A stretch of DNA of 63,481 nucleotides, filler included, from Guillardia theta CCMP2712 (GCF_000315625.1; 6 parts of 6 records of this genome joined end to end with filler, not necessarily neighbours in it), one strand, 5' to 3'. Counted from the first letter of the whole stretch, positions 11,301 to 23,047 are shown. Notes: generated by a model not told the origin, from the sequence alone. A program made the numbers and translations.

Positions 11301-12798
11301 ACGGCGCTGCAGAGGCTGCATGCTTCAGCGGTGTCGGCCTACTGCTCGGGCAGCTGGCTCATGCAGTACAGACGCTCAGCCGGGAGCTCGTCGTGCTTCG
11401 CAAGCTTGATCGACACGCGATGGGCCGTGACTAGCGTAGCGTGCGCGTACCAGGCTGTCAACCCAGCGGACGGGAGCGTGACGGTGAGGATGACACGGGC
11501 GGACGGGTATCGGATCGAGGACGTGGTGAGGGTGTCTAGCCATCCTGGCTACGGATCTGATCCGGGGAGGTATGACGTGGCGCTGTGCGAGCTCGGGGCT
11601 GCGTCGCTAGGGAGGCCTGTGGAGCTCTACGACGGGACGATGGTGCAGGCGATGGAGTGCAGGAGCATGGAGCTCGTCGTGGGCAGCCCGTTGAGCATGA
11701 TGCCGGTCCTGTGCGATCCGAGCCCGGGCATCCTGCAGGACCTGAGGCTGTCAGACCCGTCGCGGCCCTCGTGTCCGGCTCCATGCAACCCGCCCGTCGC
11801 GATGCCCAAGATGGCGGCAGGGACAGCGATGGTGGTGCGAGACGGGAGGAGCCCGGGGAGGGAGTGGCTGTACGGGTACGTGTCGGAGTCGAGCAGCGGA
11901 GGGCAGACGTGGATGGGGGTGAGGGAGGTGCTGGAGTGGATCTTGAGCGGGGACGGGGTGGGGAGACACGGGGCGAAGGTGATGCGGGTGAGGGTGACGT
12001 CGCTGGTGCTTCCGGCGGGAGGGTCGCTGAGAGTGTCGGCGGGTCACCGGGGGGCGATGGAGGTGGTGGAGGAGCCCTGCAGGGAGGAAGTAGTCTACAC
12101 GGACGGGGGGACGGGGTCGATGAGGCTGGAGCTGCTGAGCTCGTGCGGGCTGTGTGGGAAGGTGGAGGTGAAGGTGAGAGGGGAGGAGGAGGGAGGGGCT
12201 GTAGGGCTGACCGGGTGGGAGGTGCAGGCGGAGGTGGAGGTGCTGTCTTGCAGGGAAGCTCAGCGCAGCACGGGCGTGTGTCCTGAGGGATGCGCGCAAG
12301 GATACAACAGGACAGGGACGGGGGCTGTGTGCGAGGTAGAGCTGCTGCTGGGAGGGGAGAGAGGCTGACTCGTCCTGTCAGGATCCTCAATGCAATGTAA
12401 TCATGCCGGCTAGTCGTGCTATAGAGCTCATCAAGCAGAACAAGGCGAGACGAGGTGAGAGGTCGGCAGGAGGCGACGGCAGTGGGTGACGGATGGAGCA
12501 GGCGGGGTGAGGGCGAGGGATCCGCGGTATCACTCGTGGGTGTGTCTCAAGGACTGGGACGAGGAGGAGATGCTGTCTTGCGGGATCGACCGCAACGAGT
12601 GGGCGTGCTTCAGGTGGGCAAGGGAGAGGGAGGGCGGGAAGGAGGGAGGGGGAGGAGAGGGGAGGAGGCAGAGGGATGGAGGGGCAGCAGGGGGAAGGGG
12701 CTGACAGAGAGTTGGGGCATGGCAGGTACCTGAAGGAGAGCATGGAGCTGGAGTTTTACGGGCTGAACAGTCGGGTTCGTCTAGTACAGGAGGGATGA
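8376..12798 (+). CDS. Secreted LRR / EF-hand / inactive trypsin-like / CUB-like protein, copy A (15 LRR units)
   Basis: Signal peptide, Cys cap, 24-aa LRRs, NPLPC cap, EF-like loops (DANGDEAISMQE, DGDGNGVVTAEE, DRNLDGGLSMDE) and trypsin-fold motifs. Predicted exons 8376-10133, 10186-10428, 10479-12335 (probable extra intron 12174-12227), 12382-12454, 12502-12613 and 12727-12798. Confidence 0.85.
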
Positions 12799-13231
12799 GG
12801 GCAGTAGGAGGGGCAGTCCCCTCATGGTTGCTGGCGGAGGAGGAGGATTGATACATCTATTTAACATCCTACTATTTCAAGTGACGCGTCAAAACTGTTG
12901 CAATGATACAACCTCGTACACAAGTTTCTCGCAAGGGAGTAACTGCTGAATGGCACATGGCACCTAGGTGGACCAGACGATCATGTCCTGACATGCAACA
13001 TCTTTCAAGAACAACCTTGTGCAGCACCAATGATGGGTCTGTGAAATTTCTCAACATTCATCCTCGCGATCGAGGACAGGGAAGAAAGAAATGCTGCTGT
13101 CTTCACTCCAACGCCCATGAATCTGTACCAGTGTTCCCTAAGCTGCGAAGCAAGCAATCGATTACACTCTGAGACAAGAGCCTTGCATCAGGTCTTGTTC
13201 TCTTGGAAGTGAATGCCCTTGACCTGATTCT

Positions 13232-14650
13232 CTATTTACATGGGAACAACAACACTTTGTTTGAATACTGATCCTTCAAGCAAACAGTCTCGGCAACCAT
13301 TGACCCCCAGCTGTATTTGTGCAGTTTGTCCTTTGCTGGGGCTCCTGTCTCAGTCAGTCTAGGGCATTCACTCTTGACATGTCCCACTTTCTTGCAATAA
13401 AAGCACTTTGTTTTCTTCTTGTCAAACTTGTTCGCTCGAGACCCTGCAGCGGTCAAGGACCGCACCTTCGTGGGAGGTGACTTCACTAGAAACACCTTCA
13501 AGTCTGTTTCATCAGCTTGCGTCTCGTCTTCGTCCAAGTACTCCGCCCAAGTATACAAGTCTGAAAGGTGTTTGCCGAACGCCTCCATCGAACAGTACTC
13601 ATCCACCGTACCTTCACGTTCCAGCGCAGCCCTCAACCTCTCCTTCATACACACTCGCACAGCTTGACGATAGATCCCAGCAACGAAGATTTTCTCCAAG
13701 AAACCTGCAATGACTATCTGCTTGCATAGAAGCTTGTAGCAACCGATGATGTGATGTGCATATCTCTTGTACCTCGTGATATACGACGACATGTTCTCCC
13801 CTGAGCTCTGTCTGATCTCCTTCAGTTCCTCCACCAGCCTCTCAACCTTGCTTTCCGGCAACCAGTGCTTTGCCATGAGCTCTTTGAAGCTCTTCCAGTC
13901 CCCACCCCCGGGCAAGCACATGCTCTTGTCCCTGTCCGGTAACGACTCGTACCAGTCGCGCGTATCCCCTTCCAAGAGCGTCGAGGCTACAGCACACCAG
14001 GTGTGGCCGGGGACGTCTTGACAGCGGCACTGCAGCTCTACCTCGCACAACCATGTCACGACCGACCTGCACACGCTGAAGTCTCCGTTGAATCGACGCG
14101 CATGCTCGGAATGGAACTGACCACCTCTCCTCGGTGCCACCATCCTCCCTTCTGCATTGAGCTCAGTTTCCTTCAGGTGCTTCGCGTCTCGCGCTGGCTG
14201 TGATGTGCCAATGTCTGTCCTCTGCGAACGCAGTGAAGCCATCTCCTCCTGAAGCTCCTCCTGCACACGCTTCATCTTCGCAATCTCTCCACGCCATGCA
14301 TCCGTCGAACGATGTAACCCTTCTTGCCGCTCCTGCAACTCCCGGCAAGTAGCTCGAAGAAGCATGTTCTCCTCCTCTAGTTGACCATAGCTTCTCTGTG
14401 AGTGTGACGCCTGTTGCTCTTCATCTGTTCTCAGTAGGCCGGCTTTTCTATCCCATGTAAACCCATCCAGTGATGGGAGAGAATCGTCTGATGCAGATTC
14501 GGGCCCACAAGATCCCAGCGCATCGATCTTACATGGAAGCGAATCGATCCCAGCCTCGTCGTGTCGTTCCTTCATGGTTGATCGTTGAGGAGAGCCGATC
14601 GCAGTCGTCTCTGTCATCTCCTTCACCATCTGATTCTCGCAACCTAGCAT
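13232..14650 (-). mobile_element. gag: Stand-alone LTR-retrotransposon (Ty3/gypsy-like) Gag ORF
   Basis: N-terminal coiled coil, capsid region (FNGD...WL...LLEGDTRDWYESL...WKSFKELMAKHW), MHR-like LKEIRQSSGENMSSYITRY and zinc knuckle CFYCKKVGHVKSEC (CX2CX4HX4C). No protease, RT, integrase or LTRs seen in the spacer. Confidence 0.88.
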
Positions 14651-14867
14651 GCACGTGAAGTTGAAAACCTTTACTGACAGTTGAATTATTGACGATTCTT
14701 GAACTTATACTTTATGCACATTCGAAGGACGTGAGTCTTCCTGCTGTCCTGCCCTCCGACCGAAGAGACTCAGTGGATCCGATCGGATCGGCACGGCGGC
14801 CGGGACTCACCGAGACCTGAGCACTCAGCCCTATCATGCACATCCAGGCTACTCCCTCCTACTGCCC

Positions 14868-17800
14868 TCATCCCTCCTGTACTAGACGAACCCGACTGTT
14901 CAGCCCGTAAAACTCCAGCTCCATGCTCTCCTTCAGGTACCTGCCATGCCCCAACTCTCTGTCAGCCCCTTCCCCCTGCTGCCCCTCCATCCCTCTGCCT
15001 CCTCCCCTCCCTCCTCCGCGTCGCCCTCCCCCTCCCTTGCCCACCTGAAGCACGCCCACTCGTTGCGGTCGATCCCGCAAGACAGCATCTCCTCCTCGTC
15101 CCAGTCCTTGAGACACACCCACGAGTGATACCGCGGATCCCTCGCCCTCACCCCGCCTGCTCCATCCGTCACCCACTGCCGTCGCCTCCTGCCGACCTCT
15201 CACCTCGTCTCGCCTTGTTCTGCTTGATGAGCTCTATAGCACGACTAGCCGGCATGATTACATTGCATTGAGGATCCTGACAGGACGAGTCAGCCTCTCT
15301 CCCCTCCCAGCAGCAGCTCTACCTCGCACACAGCCCCCGTCCCTGTCCTGTTGTATCCTTGCGCGCATCCCTCAGGACACACGCCCGTGCTGCGCTGAGC
15401 TTCCCTGCAAGACAGCACCTCCACCTCCGCCTGCACCTCCCACCCGGTCAGCCCTACAGCCCCTCCCTCCTCCTCCCCTCTCACCTTCACCTCCACCTTC
15501 CCACACAGCCCGCACGAGCTCAGCAGCTCCAGCCTCATCGACCCCGTCCCCCCGTCCGTGTAGACTACTTCCTCCCTGCAGGGCTCCTCCACCACCTCCA
15601 TCGCCCCCCGGTGACCCGCCGACACTCTCAGCGACCCTCCCGCCGGAAGCACCAGCGACGTCACCCTCACCCGCATCACCTTCGCCCCGTGTCTCCCCAC
15701 CCCGTCCCCGCTCAAGATCCACTCCAGCACCTCCCTCACCCCCATCCACGTCTGCCCTCCGCTGCTCGACTCCGACACGTACCCGTACAGCCACTCCCTC
15801 CCCGGGCTCCTCCCGTCTCGCACCACCATCGCTGTCCCTGCCGCCATCTTGGGCATCGCGACGGGCGGGTTGCATGGAGCCGGACACGAGGGCCGCGACG
15901 GGTCTGACAGCCTCAGGTCCTGCAGGATGCCCGGGCTCGGATCGCACAGGACCGGCATCATGCTCAGCGGGCTGCCCACGACGAGCTCCATGCTCCTGCA
16001 CTCCATCGCCTGCACCATCGTCCCGTCGTAGAGCTCCACAGGCCTCCCTAGCGACGCAGCCCCGAGCTCGCACAGCGCCACGTCATACCTCCCCGGATCA
16101 GACCCGTAGCCAGGATGGCTAGACACCCTCACCACGTCCTCGATCCGATACCCGTCCGCCCGTGTCATCCTCACCGTCACGCTCCCGTCCGCTGGGTTGA
16201 CAGCCTGGTACGCGCACGCTACGCTAGTCACGGCCCATCGCGTGTCGATCAAGCTTGCGAAGCACGACGAGCTCCCGGCTGAGCGTCTGTACTGCATGAG
16301 CCAGCTGCCCGAGCAGTAGGCCGACACCGCTGAAGCATGCAGCCTCTGCAGCGCCGTGAGGTTGAGCCCCGACAGGCTCTCGTTCCCGACGCATGGCAAC
16401 GAGCCGCAGAACAGCTCCTGGTATCGCCCTCCCGGCATCCCCAGCCCCAGCAAGAAGCTCGCGCTCAGCTCAGCGCTGCTCGGGTCCGGCAGCACGATGT
16501 GCGGGAAGACGGCAGAGCTGTTCAAGGACGGGTCCAGTCGCTCCCCGAACAGCATCCGGAAGAAGGCGAAGTCGCTCCCGTTGCTTACCGGGCCTCCCAC
16601 CTGACCCGTGCGGAGCAGATAGGCCTCCAGCATCTGCCCCTCTATCCGCCAGGACCCCTTGGAGATGTCCAGGAAGACCGCGCTCCCCAAGCAGATCGTC
16701 TCGTCCATCGACAGCCCTCCGTCGAGGTTCCGATCGAGCGAGGTGACGAGCAGAGGAGCAAGCGTCCATGGCAGTATCGAGCTGCATGTCGCCTGCTGCT
16801 CTGCGTAGGGTCCCAACGCGAGCCCGTACCTCACAAAGTCTGCGAACGAGCAGCCAGGCCCTATCAGCTCAACCATCTCCTCCCCGAGGTCCCCGTAGCT
16901 CCACGTCTCCGCTCCAGAGCCTGTCGACCCTCCTGCCGCAGAGCCGCTTGACCCGCACTGCTCCACCGCCGGGGCATCGACCGCCCGCCTAGGGAAGAAC
17001 CAAGACGGCTGCAGCAGCATCGTCAGGTTCCCTGTCGTCCACACAGACGTCAAGTAGATCTTCGCTGCCTTGTCTCGCACGTGCACGTAGCCTGACGACG
17101 TCGCCAGGCTGTTGAGCATCCGTCGCTTGGCGTCCATCATCTCCTCGGCGGTCACCACGCCGTTCCCGTCCCCGTCCACCTGCTCAACCGGCCTCACGAC
17201 CCCCTCCTCTACCCCACCACCTCACTCACCTCGGCGAGAGCTGGACCTGGTATGCCGATCATCCTCCCCTCCTGCATCGAGATCGCCTCGTCTCCGTTGG
17301 CATCCGCCAGCCTCACCAGCACAAGCACCATCTCCCTCGTCATCCCGTCCAGGTCCCGCGGCAGCTTCTCGCCCCGCATGTACGCCGTCGCTGACTCCAG
17401 CAGGTACGCCAGCTCTGACGCTCCTACCTGCCCGACAGGCTGCCCGTTCTTCTTGGCGGCTACCTGCATCACCTGCCCTCCCCCTCCTCGTCAGTCCTCT
17501 GCCTCCCCCTCAAGCTCTCCTTACCACATCCAGCAGTTCGCCTTGGATCCCAAACGTCCCCTCCAGCTCCAGCCCTCCCGCCCCGCCATCCTTGTCTGAG
17601 TCTGCCATGCTGATCAACACGGCTGACACTCGCAGCATCAGGTCGCCCACGCTCTCTTCCGGGCTCCACTCCGGCGTCACCCCCCCCACAATGCCCAGCA
17701 AGAGCCTCCTCGACGTCACTTGCCCCTCCGCCCCCGCCTCAGCCACGAACGACCGTAACAAGCCGCTCACCCAGTCTTGCGATAGCTCCACCCTGCCCGA

Positions 17801-19642
17801 GGTAGCGAGGTAGTAGGAGCTCAGGTTCCCCGCTGCCCCCGCGATGTCTCTCACGCACACCTGACCCGCTCCGGCCACGTCTAGAGCCTCGTACATGACC
17901 TTGAGCAGCTCGACCAGCTGGATGGCCTTGACTGTCGTGTTCATCGAGCATGGCGTGTTTGCAGTGCATGGAGGGATCAGAGGCGTCACGAGCGGGACGA
18001 CCGAGGGCTCCAAGCAAGGAAGAGGGTTGTACCACATGTTGACTCGAAGACCTGCTTGCAGCTGGGGGTTGAAGGCCCCAGGAGCCACGCAGCTGATCTG
18101 GTTGCTTGCCAACGAGAGGGAGGAAAGGCTGCTGAGAGAGTTGAAGACGCCTGCCTCGATGGTGGTCAGTCTGTTCGATGACAGATCGACTATCTTCAGG
18201 AGTGGAGAGCCGGCGAAGGAGCCTGGAGCTACAGACGAAACATTGCAACTCCACTGAAACAGGTACTGTAGTGATGAGAGCCCTGCGAAGGTGAGGGGAG
18301 AGATGCTCGAGAGGTTGTTCATGGAGATATCTAGATCCAAAAGTAGTGTTAGACTACTGAAGGCCCCGGGAGCAATGTTTGAGATGTTGCTTGAGGCAAA
18401 ATACAGGCTTCCCAGATTCTTCAGTCCATAAAATGCATCTACTGTGATGGTGGAAATGTTGTTGCCATGGATGTCAAGACCACGCAGTAATGTCAGGCTG
18501 CTGAAGGTTCCTGGAGGTATGCCGGAGATCTGGTTGTAGCCAACACTCAGATATTGGAGGTTCCCGACTCCGGCAAAGGTATCAGGAGAGATGCTAGTGA
18601 GGCTGTTCCCATCCAGATAGAGGGTGTACAGATACGTCAGGCTGCTGAAGGTTCCAGGAGCAATGCTGGAGATCCTGTTGTTGCCAAGGTAAAGTAAACC
18701 GAGTCTTCCTAGTCCTTTGAAGGTGTCTGACGAGATGCTTGAGATTCTGTTCCCCCATAGATCGAGTTCGTAGAGTGACGACAGGTTGTTGAAGGTCCCC
18801 GGAGGTATGCTGGAGATCTGGTTGTAGCCAAGATAAAGCGTTCCTAATTGTCCAAGCCCTTTGAAGGTGTCTGACGAGATGCTTGAGATGCTGTTCCCCC
18901 ATAGATCGAGGGTTTTCAGGTACGTCAGGTTGCTGAAAGCCCCGGGAGCTATGTTCACAATTTTGCTGTTCCACAGAAGAAGGGTTTGGAGTGAAATTGG
19001 CCCAGAAGAAAACTCAACAGTGATATTAGGCAAGTTGTTCCCATGCAGGTAGAGACTGTTTAGGCTTGTCATGTCTTTGAAAGACCCAGAAGCTATTTTG
19101 GAGATGCGATTGTATGAAAGATCAAGGTACATCAGGTTCTGCAGTCCCACATACATATCCGAAGAGATGTTCACCAGCATGTTGCTACGGATGTACAGAT
19201 TAACAAGTGAGCTTAACTTGCTGAAAGCTCCTGCCGGCACATACGATATCTGGTTGTAAGACAGATCCAGGTACTTGAGCCCCTGCAGCCCCGCCAGTTG
19301 CTCTGACGTGATGTTTTGCAAGCGGTTCGATTGAAGATAGACTCCGACGAGCGAGGTCAGGTTGTTGAACGTCCCTGGCACGATGCTGGAGATGCTGTTG
19401 TACCCCAGGTAGAGGTACTGCAAGCTCGAGAGCCCAGTGAATGCGTTGACAGATATCGAGGTGATTGACATGTACGTCAGCCCGAGGTTCAAGCAGTCGG
19501 TAGGACAGTCGCCCTCCCTTGTCAGGACGCCTGAGGTGACGATGAAGTTGCAGGACCCGCATTGCACTGAAAGGGCCGGGGATGGAAAGGAGAGCAGGAA
19601 GGCTACGGCTGCAAGAAGAAGCCTGGGGCCAGGAAGCATCAT
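14868..19642 (-). CDS. Secreted LRR / EF-hand / inactive trypsin-like / CUB-like protein, copy B (20 LRR units)
   Basis: Inverted paralog of copy A with the same exon structure. Start taken at ATGATG 19642; the first-exon ORF is 120 aa (5 x 24) longer than in copy A. Confidence 0.85.
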
Positions 19643-20159
19643 CAGTTTGAACGGCGGAATATCTTTGACAGATATCGCAACGCTGGAGGGACCTAGATCA
19701 GGAACACGGTGAGTGAACATTATTTACACGTATCAAGGCAAGCTTCTCTTGGCTTCTGCGATGTTGCACTTATACCATCTCATGGGTTCTGCTCCCACTG
19801 CGTTTATCAAAATCCTACTCACAACCTTCAGCTCCGACCAATGGTGACAGCCGAAGTCAGTCTTGCGTGCTCTTCCTGCTACCTTATCTCCATCACATCA
19901 ACTTGGCTTTTCTCATTCTTCTTCAGCTCTCCTTCTCTCTCTGCCCTCAACTGGCGTCCTTTGTTCATACCGCCATGACTAGGTTTTGCCCAATTCCGGC
20001 GGGAACCTGAGGGGAATGTCCTTAGGGGCAACCTACCGGTGGTTTACCGCGAGATAGGGGGGGTTACGTGCGAGTGATCACTCTATGGAATTGTACGCCG
20101 GTACTTTTCACGCTCTGAGCCAGTAAACTGACCACCCCTACCCCCTTCTGGTATTTAAT

Positions 20160-20700
20160 AACCGATGTGAGGTATGGGTACGGATATGGAAACGGGCACG
20201 CGTACGGGTACGAATCACCGAATTCCGTACGGTACACTGGCCCGGGGTACGGCGCAGGCTACCGTGGCCCGGTACGCCGCCCGCCGTACGGGGTACCGTA
20301 CGACGGTACGGTGAAGATCATGACCGTAATGGGCCGCCGGCAGCCGCGGAGCCGCCGTGTGGCCTGAGAGCCTCCGCCCGGCCCGGCCGGTCACCGGGTC
20401 GGGCCGCTGACCGTACCGCCTGTGATCCCCGGCGGCGCTCGGTGCCACGACGGTGGACGGTCCTCAGGTCGAGCCTGGAGGCCCCTGAGGCGGCAAGTTT
20501 CAGTTTGCACTGACTGCGGCTGACGCACTGAGATCGCCGTCGGACTCTCGGAGCAGTTCCGAGCCCAGTGAGCCTGTCGGAGGCTCACGGACTCCGACCG
20601 GCGGACCGGGGCCGCCGGGAGTGGCGGGCCCGGCCGTCACTGTGTGACTCGGACGGTTGCACTAGGAGTGAGCAGTCCGATCACAAGTTCACTGAGTTGA
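20160..20700. repeat. CpG/palindrome-rich intergenic block
   Basis: Dense GTAC, CGTACG, GGTACC, CCGG and GGCC words; only low-complexity ORFs. Confidence 0.5.
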
Positions 20701-21405
20701 CTCGGCGGTCAGACTGAAGAATGCTTGCGGTGAGGCTCTGACTTCTACTTCAAGGCTTTGGCTCGGTGGCCGAGCAGAGTCAAGGGTTCTGCCATTGAGC
20801 TTTCATTGCAGAGCATCAACCGTTGTCATCAACCTGCCTCATGCGGCTATCCTGGATGAATCTCCACATATCCTCAGTTTGATTGAATGAGTCATTATCG
20901 TACCTCTGTCTTCGTTGTTTTACAATTTCCGTTTTGAATACTATGATCTCAGTGACAGATGAACTGTGAGTTCACATTGCTCGAAGTGTTCGGTAAGATC
21001 GGCTATCAGTATGCAAACAATTCAGTCTGAGCATGGCCCGCCTCTTTGTGGAGGCGGCGGCGGGAGGCAAGGTGAGGCTTGTCATCACGTGTATTGAGAT
21101 GGATACCTGAGAACAGCCCGGCCCCTCCTGGACATGATCTCAGGTGACTAGGTGGTAGATGCTTCTTCGTTTACTTCTGCGTTCTATCGCATTCACCGCC
21201 ATCAATTACATGTACACCTCGTAACAAACTCATCCGCACCAGACACGTTTCGCTGTACACAAGTCACGTTGACTCTCGTGGGCAACAACCATCAAGTCCC
21301 ATCCTTCTCAAGCACTCCATGCCTTTGACTCGTTTGCTTCTCTCGTTGCCTCCTTTCCTTCCCGCCTCCATTGTTTCCGCGTCCTTCCCCTCCTTCACGG
21401 AACTA

Positions 21406-21933
21406 TCAGAGATGGAGCTTGTCTCCCGTTGCTCCGTAGACGGTAGGAGGGTCGTCTTGAGACAGGAGGTCAATACAGTAGGCAAGAGCCTTCAGCTGCC
21501 TCTCTCTGAATGCCCCGAGGCTCATCGCGGGTGGATCAGCCCAGTCAACATGGTCCGACTTGTTCGTTGAGCGAGGTGAACTGTTTGTCGACAACAGATC
21601 CATGCGGCTTGAAAGGACGTCCATGTCAGCCTCAAAGGCCCAATGTTCGCCCCCGTCGTTGTGAAGGCTGAGTTCGCGGAAGGAGGGTTGATGCTGCCAT
21701 GCCTCGAGCGCAGCAGCAGAGCAGGGGGGAGAGTGCGATGAGTCTGCGAGGAGTGAGGGAGGGAGAGAGGACATACTTGAGTCCCCGGAAGGACTTGAAA
21801 TCGCAGAGGACTTGACCATGGCGTCTGCCTTGGAACAGTACAGGACTCCGTAGGAAGCAGGGGAACAGGACGAAGAGGTTAACTCGCCCACTGGAGGCGG
21901 CGACGCAGTTTTGACGGGTCGCATCAACTTCAC
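21406..21933 (-). CDS. Hypothetical protein (Ser-rich N-terminus)
   Basis: 175-aa ORF with a non-repetitive C-terminal half; no family recognised and the start is uncertain. Confidence 0.3.
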   Translation of the reverse strand: MKLMRPVKTASPPPVGELTSSSCSPASYGVLYCSKADAMVKSSAISSPSGDSSMSSLPPSLLADSSHSPPCSAAALEAWQHQPSFRELSLHNDGGEHWAFEADMDVLSSRMDLLSTNSSPRSTNKSDHVDWADPPAMSLGAFRERQLKALAYCIDLLSQDDPPTVYGATGDKLHL

Positions 21934-22163
21934 TGAGTTCAGTTCTTACTACGACTGCCAACTCGAACAAGTCATTTTACACGGCCGCCCGGCGGATCCA
22001 GGCTTGTACCTGAATGTTTACTCATCTTGCGGGAACCCAATTTGCTACACCAGTGGCGCCGGGATACCACTGGCACGTGCCGCCTGAAACCGCCGGGCCG
22101 GGCCGGGGCAGTGACAACGGTGAAAGTACCGGCGGGCCCGATGGCAACTTTGAGTTAAAAATC

Positions 22164-22308
22164 TTTACTCAAAGTTAACTTAAAGATCAGTACGAGGATC
22201 GGACAACCAGGAGAGTCGAGGAGGCCCTTGACCCTCGAGAAACTATGATGAACCAAGTTTGTCAAACTCAGATTGGCCGTACTGGTTTTTAACTTAACTT
22301 TGAGTAAA
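22164..22308. mobile_element. MITE-like arrangement of the same element family (31-bp inverted ends)
   Basis: 22164-22194 and 22278-22308 are reverse complements at 28/31 positions. The left part matches 7665-7729. Confidence 0.65.
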
Positions 22309-23047
22309 AGCCGGCCACCGTGCGGCCCTTCGGAAGGCTAACGGGGCGTGATACCGTATGATAACGTAGTATGATTGAAAAAGCCGCTAGGAAGTTGAGA
22401 CGATCATCGGATGCCTGGATCACAGAACCCGGCTACGCCGTCAGAGCTTGAGACAACAAGAGGACTGCTCCTCTTTTTCTCAGTGGCACTGAGACGGTCG
22501 GCGGAGGCGGCCACAGCGGCCAGGGGGTAAAGTACGGTAAGGTACTCCGGCGTAATCGAGCCCCAGACCCCGGTCACCGGGTGACAGACCGGCGGCGGGC
22601 CGCTGGGGCTGGGACTCTCGGTCCGATGGTCAACCGTTCAGGCTACGCCGTGACGGTCCGATCACCGGGTTCGGAACCCGGCCCGGCGCGGGGGCCGGCC
22701 GCCGCCGCACAAATGCAGGCCCGCCTCAGTTCTGAGGGCCGGGCCGCCGGGGCTGCGACCCTCCACGTCGAGGGGCGATCATGGTCGGCAGGTGAGGAGA
22801 GAGCGAGGACGGGCTCGGAACGTGATGGCAAGATGGTGAGATGTTGATGATCGGACTGAGGTGAAGATATCAGATTCTTGAATGAAGAGCTGAGACGATG
22901 GAGTGATGGAGTGATGGGTTCAAGAGGGATGTTTGCTCGACCTTTTGGGACTTCTCTTCCATGGTGAACTTTACATGCACTGGACATGTTGGAGCTGGTT
23001 CTGGCCGACGCTTAACCTCCTCCAGCAAAGTCACAGGGGTAGATAGA

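Larger units (their letters stand above)
8376..19642. repeat. Large inverted duplication (gene palindrome): arms 8376-12812 and 14854-19642, spacer 12813-14853
   Basis: The 635-aa ORFs at 10461-12368 (+) and 15290-17197 (-) differ by one residue. The reverse-complement match extends through introns to 14 bp past the stop codon. Confidence 0.97.

Noticed and set aside
9845-12390. Long antisense and alternate-frame ORFs over the LRR genes
   Set aside because: Expected shadows of GC-rich coding sequence, duplicated only because the arms are duplicated.
12813-13231. Possible pol/protease by read-through or frameshift after gag
   Set aside because: All three minus frames close quickly. The read-through frame gives VIDCLL and GNTGTDSW, not a D[ST]G protease motif.
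8376-19642. Arms as terminal inverted repeats of a giant DNA transposon or DIRS element
   Set aside because: The arms are intron-containing genes, no transposase, recombinase or RT is present, and no flanking TSD is evident.
20720-21260. Possible small multi-exon gene on the + strand
   Set aside because: Splice-like sites are present but I could not assemble a convincing reading frame.
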